Source: an uncultured delta proteobacterium
GTDB taxonomy: Bacteria > Myxococcota_A > Polyangia > Fen-1088
Assembly (NCBI GenBank): GCA_963796685.1
Contig: CAWCMR010000025.1
Span: 1,664,001 to 1,728,000 of the forward strand
Reading direction: 5' to 3'
DNA length: 64,000 nucleotides
Part shown: one piece after another, positions 1 through 7,711 of the stretch
Position numbering within the stretch: position 1 is the first letter of the stretch
Layout: each line of letters opens with the position of its first letter
The notes under the pieces: generated by a model
What the model was told of the DNA's origin: nothing
The model's input: only the letters and a program-made list of their open reading frames with translations
Database searches by the model: none
Made by a program: the position numbers and the translations under genes

Positions 1-4
1 CCTC

Positions 5-160
5 CTAGAGAAAACCGATGCCGGCGCCGATCTTCAGAGCGTCCGACCAGCTCAGATCGCCCGATGGGGCCGGCGCGGGCTTGGCCAACACGACCACCAG
101 CACGAGCAAGGCCGCGGCCGCGGCCACAACGATGAGCGTGATTTCAGTACCCTTGGCCAT
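5..160 (-). CDS. Small single-TM protein (51 aa), putative virion membrane protein
   Basis: Translated by hand: MAKGTEITLIVVAAAAALLVLVVVLAKPAPAPSGDLSWSDALKIGAGIGFL. TGATG overlap with the upstream gene; the stop is followed by GAGG. Confidence 0.75.
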   Translation of the reverse strand: MAKGTEITLIVVAAAAALLVLVVVLAKPAPAPSGDLSWSDALKIGAGIGFL

Positions 161-411
161 CACCAGTTCCAGGGCATGGCGTCCTTCACGATCGACGTCG
201 TGCCTTTGACCACGCTCTGTCCAATTCCGAGCGTGGTGTTCACGGCGCCGCCCGCGAGACCGAAGACCGAGCTCGCGCCCGCGCTGACGGTGCCAAATAC
301 GCCCGTGCTTTGCGGCGCCGCCTTCTTCCCGCGGATGAAAAGCCAGACCAGGACGCCAACGAGGGCGACGGCGCCGACGATGAGCAGCGTCCTGGTGGTG
401 TTGTCTTTCAT
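160..411 (-). CDS. Small single-TM Gly-rich protein (83 aa), putative virion membrane protein
   Basis: MKDNTTRTLLIVGAVALVGVLVWLFIRGKK...; the ATG overlaps the stop of the capsid-like gene (TAATG). It is the real part of track ORF 160..1290. Confidence 0.8.
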   Translation of the reverse strand: MKDNTTRTLLIVGAVALVGVLVWLFIRGKKAAPQSTGVFGTVSAGASSVFGLAGGAVNTTLGIGQSVVKGTTSIVKDAMPWNW

Positions 412-2048
412 TAGGTCACGTCGATGAGGGTCGACGGGTTCCGGAAGTGCTTTGCCTTGCGGTAGGTGGACGGCATGAGGCCGCCGGAGAGCGCGACCTG
501 TTCCTTGATCTTCGCGGACGAGAGCTCGCGGAGGGATAGGGTCAGGAAGGCGTCGGGTCCGGTGCGAGGAACAGAGAACACCCCGCGCAGCTTCGGCTTG
601 GTGTCGGCGTTGAACTTCGGCAACGCCATCGGAACCATTTCGAGGCTCGGCTGTCGGAGCCACAGCATGAGCAGCTTGTCGAGCGAGGCGCCGTTGGCCA
701 CGGTGCCCTGCACGTAGTTGCCGTCGTTGGCGTAGTCGTAGGCACCGATGCGGCCCACGCTCTGCGCTTGCCGGCGCGCGAGCACCAGCATGTCGATCGC
801 CTTCACGTCCTCGAGGCCGAAGTCGGGCCCGATGATGTTGGTCAGGGTGTCGAAGGTCAGGTTGCCAGGCAACCCAGCCAGCTTCGAGAGCCAGGCCAAT
901 CCGAGCACCATGTCCTCGGCCTTGCTGGCCGCGGGGCCGGTGCCGCCGAAGTTCTGGAAGATCAGACCGTCTTCGCCGGAGGCCGGCGTGTCGAGCCGGG
1001 CGTAGGGCAAATAGTTCTGCCGCCACAGCGGGCTGATCGCGTAGCTCGTGCCGAGACGGACCGTGCTCGGATTCTTGGTGTTGGCGTCGGTCGAAACCGC
1101 CGCCAGAGCCGTGCTGGCCGCGATCCCGATCTGGAATCGCATGTTGTCCAGCGTGCGTAGCCACGGGCACGTGGCCGAGGGGTCGCCCAGGGTGCGCTGT
1201 GCCCACGGAAATACGAAGTACTTCGTCAACGGGACGTCGTTCGGATCCGTCGTGGGTACGGTGATCGTCACCGACGGGGCGTCTCCCCACCGGCTGAAGC
1301 CCTGGCCGACGAAGGAGATCCCGCTCTCGAGGATGGGCCCGGTCCCCGTCACCTTGTCCAGGATGGTTCCATGGAACAGGCTGGAGATCTGCAGGTAGTC
1401 GAGCAACCGTGCCAGGTCCTGGCTCAAGATCGGGTTCGTTCCGGTCGAGACCTGTTCGACGGTGGTATCGACGGCGACGATGCTATCGACGCCGATCAGC
1501 GGCTGCCCGCCAGCCGTCTTGTTCTTCGTCGTCGTCTGCATGTAGAGCGAGAGCTCTTGGGTCGCACCAGGCGTGTACGCGAGGCTCTTGCCCTGCCCTG
1601 GCATGGTGACGCCGTCGAGCGTGTCCGGCGCTGAAAGATGGCTGATACCGAAAGCGACGCCGAGGCCTAGCAGGCCTCCCAAGAATCCCAAGACTTGACC
1701 AAGCCAACCGCTCGAGCTCTGCACAAAGCAAGGAACGCTCCCAGCGCATGCGGCGAAGGCGTAGTCAGCGCCGAGCAACACGAAGCCCACGGGCAGCAGC
1801 AAGCCGCTGATGCGCAGCAAGCTCCGCAGGACGCTGGGCAGCTTGTCGCCGTTTCCGGCCGCGGTGATCGTACCGTCGGCGGCCTTGGTAGTCGTCAAGC
1901 TGGTGAACCAGGGCTTGAGCGCCATGCCCACGCCCACCAGCACCAGCACGATGATCGGGCCCATGAACCAGTACTTTTTGCAAAAGTCGATGAAGGCCAT
2001 CGGGGCTTTTGTGACCTGCTCGGTGACGGTGGGGGACGCATCGGCCAT
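411..2048 (-). CDS. Putative double-jelly-roll major capsid protein with N-terminal multi-TM extension
   Basis: SD GAAAGGTG before ATG 2048. About 140 aa with three hydrophobic segments, then about 400 aa rich in beta-strand-like, Thr/Gly-rich sequence. Lies downstream of the packaging ATPase. LTKYFVFPWA and RFQIGIAASTALAAVS recall PRD1 P3 (from memory). Confidence 0.6.
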   Translation of the reverse strand: MADASPTVTEQVTKAPMAFIDFCKKYWFMGPIIVLVLVGVGMALKPWFTSLTTTKAADGTITAAGNGDKLPSVLRSLLRISGLLLPVGFVLLGADYAFAACAGSVPCFVQSSSGWLGQVLGFLGGLLGLGVAFGISHLSAPDTLDGVTMPGQGKSLAYTPGATQELSLYMQTTTKNKTAGGQPLIGVDSIVAVDTTVEQVSTGTNPILSQDLARLLDYLQISSLFHGTILDKVTGTGPILESGISFVGQGFSRWGDAPSVTITVPTTDPNDVPLTKYFVFPWAQRTLGDPSATCPWLRTLDNMRFQIGIAASTALAAVSTDANTKNPSTVRLGTSYAISPLWRQNYLPYARLDTPASGEDGLIFQNFGGTGPAASKAEDMVLGLAWLSKLAGLPGNLTFDTLTNIIGPDFGLEDVKAIDMLVLARRQAQSVGRIGAYDYANDGNYVQGTVANGASLDKLLMLWLRQPSLEMVPMALPKFNADTKPKLRGVFSVPRTGPDAFLTLSLRELSSAKIKEQVALSGGLMPSTYRKAKHFRNPSTLIDVT

Positions 2049-2154
2049 AGGAAACACCTTTCTCGGCGCTGGGCGCTGTTGACGTTGTGTCCAGTCTCAG
2101 GCCAATCGCCGTCGACGTCCGCTGAGGATCTGTCTCCGTCGCTGGCGATGGCGT

Positions 2155-2313
2155 CTAGCGATGAGGGATAGGCGCGGGACCGACGGTGGTCAGTTTCCCG
2201 CACGTGTTGCATCGGTAGGCTCTCATCAATACCCCGTCGCTCCAGTAGGCGTCGGAGCGGCAGGCGTTGAGCCGGAACAAATGCGCAAGGCTGTGCAGAA
2301 TCTTCCGCAGCAT
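2155..2313 (-). CDS. Small Zn-ribbon-like protein (52 aa)
   Basis: Translated by hand: MLRKILHSLAHLFRLNACRSDAYWSDGVLMRAYRCNTCGKLTTVGPAPIPHR. ATG directly abuts the ATPase stop; contains CxxC. Confidence 0.55.
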   Translation of the reverse strand: MLRKILHSLAHLFRLNACRSDAYWSDGVLMRAYRCNTCGKLTTVGPAPIPHR

Positions 2314-3114
2314 TCACGCCGGACCGTAGATCACACCGTCCCAGGCGCGATCGGTGAAGAGGACGATGCATTCGCCCCGCTCCATCCGAGTGAGCAACAT
2401 CGCCGCCTCTTTCGGGATGAGCCGCAGATCGAGGGAGTAGTCGAGCGAGCGGCCACCGAGGCCAAAGAAAATGTAAGCCGTGGCGTTGTCCAGCGCCGAG
2501 CCGGGCATGTGGCTCGGCAGCTGCAGCAGGATGATCGAGCTCGCCCCGGGCCCGCGTCCTTGGAGCTGCAGCCAGACGAGCGCCGGGCCAGCAAACACGC
2601 GCGGTGTGGGCTCGAGCGTGTCTTGGTTCACCCGCAGAAGCGGCGTCAGCTCGTCACCGAGGAACGCGAAGTGCTCCCCTGATTCGGCCGCGTCCCGGAC
2701 GAGTGAGGCCGCATCGTCGCCGCCGATGCCGGGCCGGCAGACGATGAAGGCCGGCGCATCCTCGACGATCGCGCGCCTGGCCTCCGTCATCGAATGGACC
2801 AGCTTCCCCTTGTACTGCGGTCGCTCGGGATCCTTCACGTCGTGGATAACGGCCGTCGAGCAGATGTGCCGGCGCTGCATCTCCTCGACGAACTTCACCG
2901 TGAACCAGGTCTTCCCCTTGCCGCTGGCACCGCCGATCACGAACCGGCCGCCCTCGCCCTCGGGGACGGCGTCGAGAGCAAGCGCAATCGCAGCGCTCTG
3001 AGTGCCGCGAGGCTGGCCGGCCGGGCGAGCCTCGGCTTTTTGAGGCCCCAGTAGTGGTTTCGGCTGTTGTACGCGTTTCGGAATCTTCGCCAGACTTCGT
3101 GATGTACCAGACAT
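2314..3114 (-). CDS. FtsK/HerA-superfamily genome-packaging ATPase (PRD1 P9 / A32-like)
   Basis: Walker A GASGKGKT, Walker B FAFLGDE, arginine-finger/Q motif QGRGPGASSIILLQLP followed by N-ATAYIFF. No TM segment. AAGGA SD before ATG 3114. Confidence 0.8.
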   Translation of the reverse strand: MSGTSRSLAKIPKRVQQPKPLLGPQKAEARPAGQPRGTQSAAIALALDAVPEGEGGRFVIGGASGKGKTWFTVKFVEEMQRRHICSTAVIHDVKDPERPQYKGKLVHSMTEARRAIVEDAPAFIVCRPGIGGDDAASLVRDAAESGEHFAFLGDELTPLLRVNQDTLEPTPRVFAGPALVWLQLQGRGPGASSIILLQLPSHMPGSALDNATAYIFFGLGGRSLDYSLDLRLIPKEAAMLLTRMERGECIVLFTDRAWDGVIYGPA

Positions 3115-3127
3115 AGACGATCCTTTG

Positions 3128-3943
3128 TCACTCGACCGAGGAGGAGGGCGCCGCACCAGTCGCAGCACCATCGTTTGGCACTACGGACAGCCGCGGAGGA
3201 AGGGCGGAGCTCGGCGGGGATCGCGGCTGGTCCTCGCTCTCGGAAGTATCGTGGGCATGCGGCGGGACGCTCTCCTCGGTGGTACTGGGCGCACCAGGAT
3301 CGCGCTCCGCAGGTGGCACACGGCGCTTGGGCCGCAGCGGCTCTCCCGTCATGTACATCTGGATCCACATCACGATGCCCAGGAGGAGCGAGGCCGGGCC
3401 GGGCGCGAGCTCTATCTTCGGCATCTTGCCCTTGCCCTTCGTCCACTTCTCGAATGCCTCGTCGAACTTGTCCTTGATCTCCTCGTTCGGTTCGTCGGGG
3501 TTCCGGCCGCACCACTTGATCGTCTTCTGCTCTCCCGCGACGATCAGCTCGGGCGCGCCCTTGCGGAAGAGTTGCCCGATATCGACCTTCTCCGACTCCT
3601 CCGCCGGCGGCGGCTGCGCTGGTTGCGGGGTGGCTTGCTGCGCTTGCTGCGCTTGCTGCGGCTGCTGCGCCTGCTGTGCGGTGAATCCCCACTTTGCGCG
3701 CAGGGCTTCGTTTGGCGCCCGGCTTGGCGTCGCCGGCGCCGCCGGTTGGCTGGTTGCCGAGCTCGCCGAGGCCTCGGCCGAGCTCGCCGGCGGCTGACCA
3801 GATGCCACCGCCCGCGGTTTGAGTGGGCGATCGCCGCATTTCTTGTCGCAATCCAGGCACTTCGAGATCCCCGAGATGCCCTTGCCGTTGGCGTCCTTCT
3901 TGTCCCAGCGGTGGTTTCGCGTTTCGCATCCTGGTCTACCCAT
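3128..3943 (-). CDS. Viral hypothetical protein: N-terminal Cys/His cluster, Q/A/P-rich linker, hydrophobic helix (possible assembly factor)
   Basis: C-x4-H...CLDC motif, QQA repeats, hydrophobic SLLLGIVMWIQMYM. Sits directly upstream of the ATPase. Confidence 0.7.
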   Translation of the reverse strand: MGRPGCETRNHRWDKKDANGKGISGISKCLDCDKKCGDRPLKPRAVASGQPPASSAEASASSATSQPAAPATPSRAPNEALRAKWGFTAQQAQQPQQAQQAQQATPQPAQPPPAEESEKVDIGQLFRKGAPELIVAGEQKTIKWCGRNPDEPNEEIKDKFDEAFEKWTKGKGKMPKIELAPGPASLLLGIVMWIQMYMTGEPLRPKRRVPPAERDPGAPSTTEESVPPHAHDTSESEDQPRSPPSSALPPRLSVVPNDGAATGAAPSSSVE

Positions 3944-4382
3944 TTTTCATCGGCTCCAGCAGTTTCGGTCCTACAAGCTCCGCCTCGATCACGTTCGTGC
4001 GCCCGTCCGCAGCCTCGAGTTTGAGGGTGGTCAGCTGCGCCCGCTCTCGCTTGTATCGCTCGACTTGCGCAAGGAAGATCCGTTGGATGTTCGGTGCGTG
4101 CGTCTCGACGGCGACTAGGATCGCCTTCACGCAGTCGACCGGCGAGAGCGCTCGCCAGAGGAGCTTTTTGCCCTCCTTCATGATCGTATCCTTCACTTCC
4201 ACGAGGAAGGGCGACGTCGGACGGGAGGCGTGAGCGATCAGGAGGGGGATGTAGTCGAAGATCCAATCCGAGAATTCCTCAACTTGCGGCTCGGCCGCTC
4301 TCGCAACCACCGCGTCGAGCTTCGCTACGAACTTCTCTTCGAGGGTCAGCTTCCGTTCTTCGCTCCGCGTGAAGATGCCCAT
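3936..4382 (-). CDS. Viral hypothetical alpha-helical protein
   Basis: 148-aa ORF with protein-like composition, overlapping the next gene by 8 nt. Confidence 0.75.
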   Translation of the reverse strand: MGIFTRSEERKLTLEEKFVAKLDAVVARAAEPQVEEFSDWIFDYIPLLIAHASRPTSPFLVEVKDTIMKEGKKLLWRALSPVDCVKAILVAVETHAPNIQRIFLAQVERYKRERAQLTTLKLEAADGRTNVIEAELVGPKLLEPMKNG

Positions 4383-4429
4383 GCGCAGAGGGTAACACGT
4401 TTCTGCGCAATCGTGCTACCATCCTCACC
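4382..4429. promoter_or_regulatory. Divergent back-to-back extended -10 promoters with inverted-repeat operator
   Basis: Plus strand TGcTACCAT-N7-ATG(4430); minus strand TGtTACCCT-N6-ATG(4382); inverted repeat TGCGCAGA-N12-TCTGCGCA at 4382-4409. Confidence 0.5.
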
Positions 4430-4900
4430 ATGGAGCTCCTGCTCAACCGGACGAGGGATCGGCCGCCGACGCCGCGAGAGGTACAAACGGACATCCGCAA
4501 GCTGGGCTACGTGAACGGGGGAGCGCTTCACGGCAGCTTCAACCGCGATCTCGGGATCTGGCTCTGCATGGTCGTAGCCTTCTGTGATCAGGACGATCTC
4601 TACGCGGCCAACCACTTTTCCGGCGCGCAAGCCGAGCTCGAGTGGTGGCAGCGCGATCACGTTCTCACGGGCCTGGCCTTCGATCGCAGCGAACCGGATT
4701 CGCACTGGGAAGCGCTGGCCTGCGCAAAGCGCGGTCAGCTCGAGCGGGCACGGATCTGCGCATGGTTCGACCGCGGCTCGCTGCCCCGCCTGATCCCTCA
4801 CTTCGAATTCTTCCGGCGGGCGCCTCGAGATCGCGAAAGGTTCCGGCCGCGTGGTGAACCGATCGACGTCCGAGAGATGCGCCGAATGCTCGGCGTTTGA
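4430..4900 (+). CDS. Viral hypothetical protein
   Basis: 156-aa ORF of globular composition, divergent from the structural operon. Confidence 0.65.
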   Translation: MELLLNRTRDRPPTPREVQTDIRKLGYVNGGALHGSFNRDLGIWLCMVVAFCDQDDLYAANHFSGAQAELEWWQRDHVLTGLAFDRSEPDSHWEALACAKRGQLERARICAWFDRGSLPRLIPHFEFFRRAPRDRERFRPRGEPIDVREMRRMLGV

Positions 4901-4922
4901 ATCCCCCACAAAAAGGAGTCCC

Positions 4923-5354
4923 ATGGATCTGCAGAAGCTCTTCGTCGCCCTCGAACAAGCAGGAGTCACCACGATCGGACAGGCGCGCAGCGCACTGGTG
5001 TCCCTCGGCATCCAGCCCGCATCGCTGGCCCTCAACCACTCCGATTTGCCGAAAGCGCTCTCGACTCTCAAGCCGGTGACAGCGAAGCCTGGAACCGCGG
5101 CCGCGGCCACTGCCGTACCGGCGCCCGCCTCGCCAAAGCCATCGGACGTTGCCGTCAGCCAGGCCGCCGAGCTCGCCGTGAAGATCGTGGCTCCCCAGCT
5201 CGAGCACCTCCTCGAGGTTGCGATCAACCAGATCCACTCCTCGATCGCGCAGCACATGGATCCCGTGCACGCGACTCTGACCCAGGTTCAGACCACGCTG
5301 GCGGCCGCCGCAGCCAAGGCGTCCGCGCCCGCGGCCGCACCGGCGCAAACGTAA
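4923..5354 (+). CDS. Viral hypothetical Ala-rich protein
   Basis: Strong SD AAAAGGAG before ATG 4923 (MDLQKLF...); GC3-biased codons. Confidence 0.75.
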   Translation: MDLQKLFVALEQAGVTTIGQARSALVSLGIQPASLALNHSDLPKALSTLKPVTAKPGTAAAATAVPAPASPKPSDVAVSQAAELAVKIVAPQLEHLLEVAINQIHSSIAQHMDPVHATLTQVQTTLAAAAAKASAPAAAPAQT

Positions 5355-5371
5355 TCCTACGGAAGGGCCGG

Positions 5372-5587
5372 CTATGTCCGGCCCGCCATATCCGTTGAGT
5401 GGCAGTCCGGCCCGCCCCTGGTTTTGGTTGATTTCCCAGGGGCGGGCCGTTTTGCTGGCTTGAGCCTTGACGGCGGGCACCAGCTCCACCAGAGCTCGAA
5501 GAGCTCGCGGCTGATCTCGGTGCACCTCGAGATCCTTGGGAGATCCACCACGTCGCGGACCTTTCGGTCTGTCACTTCTTTTCCCAT
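5372..5587 (-). CDS. Small hypothetical protein
   Basis: 71-aa ORF overlapping the end of the replication gene. Confidence 0.4.
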   Translation of the reverse strand: MGKEVTDRKVRDVVDLPRISRCTEISRELFELWWSWCPPSRLKPAKRPAPGKSTKTRGGPDCHSTDMAGRT

Positions 5588-6510
5588 GGCCGATCGCCGT
5601 AGGTCTTTTCCCAGTGGTCCTTTGCCTCCTGCTGCTTCCGGTGCAAGCGCTTGAGCTCGTGCGCGTCCAGGCCAGCTCCGAGATCTGCCAGAAGCGAATC
5701 CAGGTACCTCCGCGCGAAGGCCTTCGGATTTTCCTCCGCGGCCTTCTTGGTCTCTGCTTTCGTGGCCGGCTTCGCAGGCGCAACTTTTCGTTCAGCGATG
5801 AACATCTGCTTTTCGAGGTAAACGTCGGCCCACGGACGCCATCTCTCACTCCGCGACATATATCTAGGGACCTGCAGTGGTAACGCATACTGCAATTGCT
5901 CCCACTCTTCCGTGGTCAGCTTGGCCAGCAGGCGCTTGCATTTAGGCGGATCTCTCAGCTTCCAGTGCAGGTTCTTGAACCACTCCCACCGCGTCAGCGC
6001 TACCTTTCCACCCCCCTTCAGGGGGGCCCCGGGGGGCGCGTCCACGGGACGCCCTTTATTACTTTCTGCAGAATGTCTCTGAGACGTCCCGTTGATGTCC
6101 CGTGGACGTCCCGTGGACGTCCCGTTTTCACTTCTCGCTTCCTCCAAGGCATCTTCGTGGAGCTGCTCGCGGAATTTCGCCTTTGCCTTCTTCCAGCGGA
6201 GCCGCTCCTTCTCGTAGCTGCCCATCGGCGTCTTGTCCCAATCGGGGTAGTACCAGGTCCGTCGCCGACGGCGGAGAAAGTGATTCGAGCCCAAGGCCTT
6301 GACCAGCGTTCGAGTGGATGCCCTCACGCGCATCCGGGATCGGATGTGTTCGATCTGGTACTTCTTGGGCAACTTTCCGTCGCTGCCCTCGAGCATGACA
6401 AACTCCCGCAAGCGCATGATCGCCTCGGCGCCCGCACAGTCCTTGATTTGCTCGGCGAAGGTTTTGGTGAAGACGTCGTCCCAGAATCCGATCTCACAGG
6501 GGACGTACAT
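5572..6510 (-). CDS. Putative phage replication initiator (replisome organizer / lambda O-like layout)
   Basis: N-terminal wHTH-like region ending WYYPDWDK, basic helix ERLRWKKAKAKFRE, low-complexity linker containing DNA iterons, helical C-terminal domain. Likely start MYVPCE at 6510. Confidence 0.6.
   Translation of the reverse strand: MYVPCEIGFWDDVFTKTFAEQIKDCAGAEAIMRLREFVMLEGSDGKLPKKYQIEHIRSRMRVRASTRTLVKALGSNHFLRRRRRTWYYPDWDKTPMGSYEKERLRWKKAKAKFREQLHEDALEEARSENGTSTGRPRDINGTSQRHSAESNKGRPVDAPPGAPLKGGGKVALTRWEWFKNLHWKLRDPPKCKRLLAKLTTEEWEQLQYALPLQVPRYMSRSERWRPWADVYLEKQMFIAERKVAPAKPATKAETKKAAEENPKAFARRYLDSLLADLGAGLDAHELKRLHRKQQEAKDHWEKTYGDRPWEKK
6083..6126. repeat. Four tandem 11-bp repeats GA(C/T)GTCCCGT(G/T), putative origin iterons
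   Basis: GACGTCCCGTT GATGTCCCGTG GACGTCCCGTG GACGTCCCGTT; partial inverted copy CACGGGACG near 6043-6051 and a short AT-rich stretch between. Confidence 0.8.
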
Positions 6511-6817
6511 CTGTACCCCACTTCGCCAAGCAAGTTTCTGCGTGCCTGGACCATCGATCGCCCTTGTAGTCCAGGTGTTCAAGGATCTCCCGGAACCACT
6601 GCGGTCCGATGGTCTTGTGCTTGGCCGTGACCTCGTACCACAGCACGATGGTTCCCGTCTTGTCGGGGTTCGGTTCGACGTTAATGAGATCCCCAATGTT
6701 CTTTTCCGGGAACCGATCGTCCCTGGCCCAGATGATCTTGGCCTTGCAACCGAGACACACAGTGAAGTGCCCCGGCTGCGATCCTTTTACCTGGGCCCTC
6801 TGCACCTTCTTTTCCAT
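6494..6817 (-). CDS. Phage Zn-finger protein
   Basis: CLGC-KAKIIW ... RHAETC pattern, common in small phage proteins. Confidence 0.65.
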   Translation of the reverse strand: MEKKVQRAQVKGSQPGHFTVCLGCKAKIIWARDDRFPEKNIGDLINVEPNPDKTGTIVLWYEVTAKHKTIGPQWFREILEHLDYKGDRWSRHAETCLAKWGTDVRPL

Positions 6818-6819
6818 CT

Positions 6820-7035
6820 TCACCGCCGCACCGCCTTTCTTCGCAAGCACAGCCGGCGGATAGTTGCCGGATCCGGTGGCCACGTCTCACCTGCAGGCCG
6901 CGAGAACACCTTACCCAGGTGCGCGGAGATCTGCCGGAAGTTCATGCCCTGGCCACGTGCGCGGATCGCCTCGTCGGTGGCCGCCGGCGTCCAGGGGAAC
7001 TTGTGCGGAGCTCCGATCTTGCGTCCGCCGCTCAT
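6820..7035 (-). CDS. Small HTH DNA-binding protein
   Basis: WTPAATDEAIRARGQGMNFRQISAHL...PDPATIRRL; ATGA coupling with the upstream gene. Confidence 0.65.
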   Translation of the reverse strand: MSGGRKIGAPHKFPWTPAATDEAIRARGQGMNFRQISAHLGKVFSRPAGETWPPDPATIRRLCLRRKAVRR

Positions 7036-7367
7036 GCTGCACCTCCGGAGTTGGCGAGAAGGATCCGATCGATGTGAACCTTCAACGCACTGGTGAGAAC
7101 CTCGGAAACATTGACTGGCAGTAGAACCTGCCGGACGTCGGGACGTAGACGCGTACACGCGACGGTGAACTCTCCCGAGATGAAACCCACGAAGAAGAGC
7201 TCAGGCCGGAGGCTGCGTTGATCGAATTCTCGCGCAACCGCGTTCGAGAGCTCGTGGACCAGTTGATCGCGGTAGGCGGTCGAATCGAAACAAACGGGCA
7301 CCCTGCGCAGTTGCTGCGGCGGCCGCGGCCGGCGGAGGATGTTACGGAACCACGCGAGGCCGATCAT
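7032..7367 (-). CDS. Viral hypothetical protein
   Basis: ATGA overlaps at both ends. Confidence 0.65.
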   Translation of the reverse strand: MIGLAWFRNILRRPRPPQQLRRVPVCFDSTAYRDQLVHELSNAVAREFDQRSLRPELFFVGFISGEFTVACTRLRPDVRQVLLPVNVSEVLTSALKVHIDRILLANSGGAA

Positions 7368-7645
7368 CGGAGATCTCCGGCCGCGAGCTCCCACATGGTG
7401 ACCTCGTCATCGGTCATTGCTCGGGCGATCGTCGAGCCGCAGTTGCGACACGTGCCAAGCTCGAGGACCTGGGCGCCGGCGTCTTTCGGGTCATCCGGCT
7501 TGTCATCGCCGGCGCGGCAATCCTGGAAACCGCAGGGTGAGGTCAGAGTACGGAATAAAGCGACGCTGCGCTTGATTGCTTCATGGGACTGTGGTGTGCA
7601 GGCGCGTTGTGGCTTGCCATCGCGGTCCAGCTGAGATAGATGCAT
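7364..7645 (-). CDS. Viral Cys-rich hypothetical protein
   Basis: SD GGAGGAAG; CRNC motif plus other Cys; first gene of the leftward operon. Confidence 0.7.
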   Translation of the reverse strand: MHLSQLDRDGKPQRACTPQSHEAIKRSVALFRTLTSPCGFQDCRAGDDKPDDPKDAGAQVLELGTCRNCGSTIARAMTDDEVTMWELAAGDLR

Positions 7646-7711
7646 GTGAACTTCCTCCGAGGAGGAAGGCAGCGATGGAAGCGACGAGGGATGAAAGGCA
7701 GCCTACAACCG

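Noticed and set aside
412-1290. Long 376-aa ORF 160..1290
   Set aside because: The upstream part is an alternative-frame shadow of the capsid-like gene; only 160..411 looks real.
2314-3114. Inovirus Zot/pI morphogenesis ATPase
   Set aside because: No TM segment or periplasmic tail follows the ATPase domain, and the downstream gene is far larger than an inovirus coat protein.
6083-6126. CRISPR array (also considered for 55649-55783)
   Set aside because: Tandem repeats without spacers, inside CDSs; no cas genes in the window.
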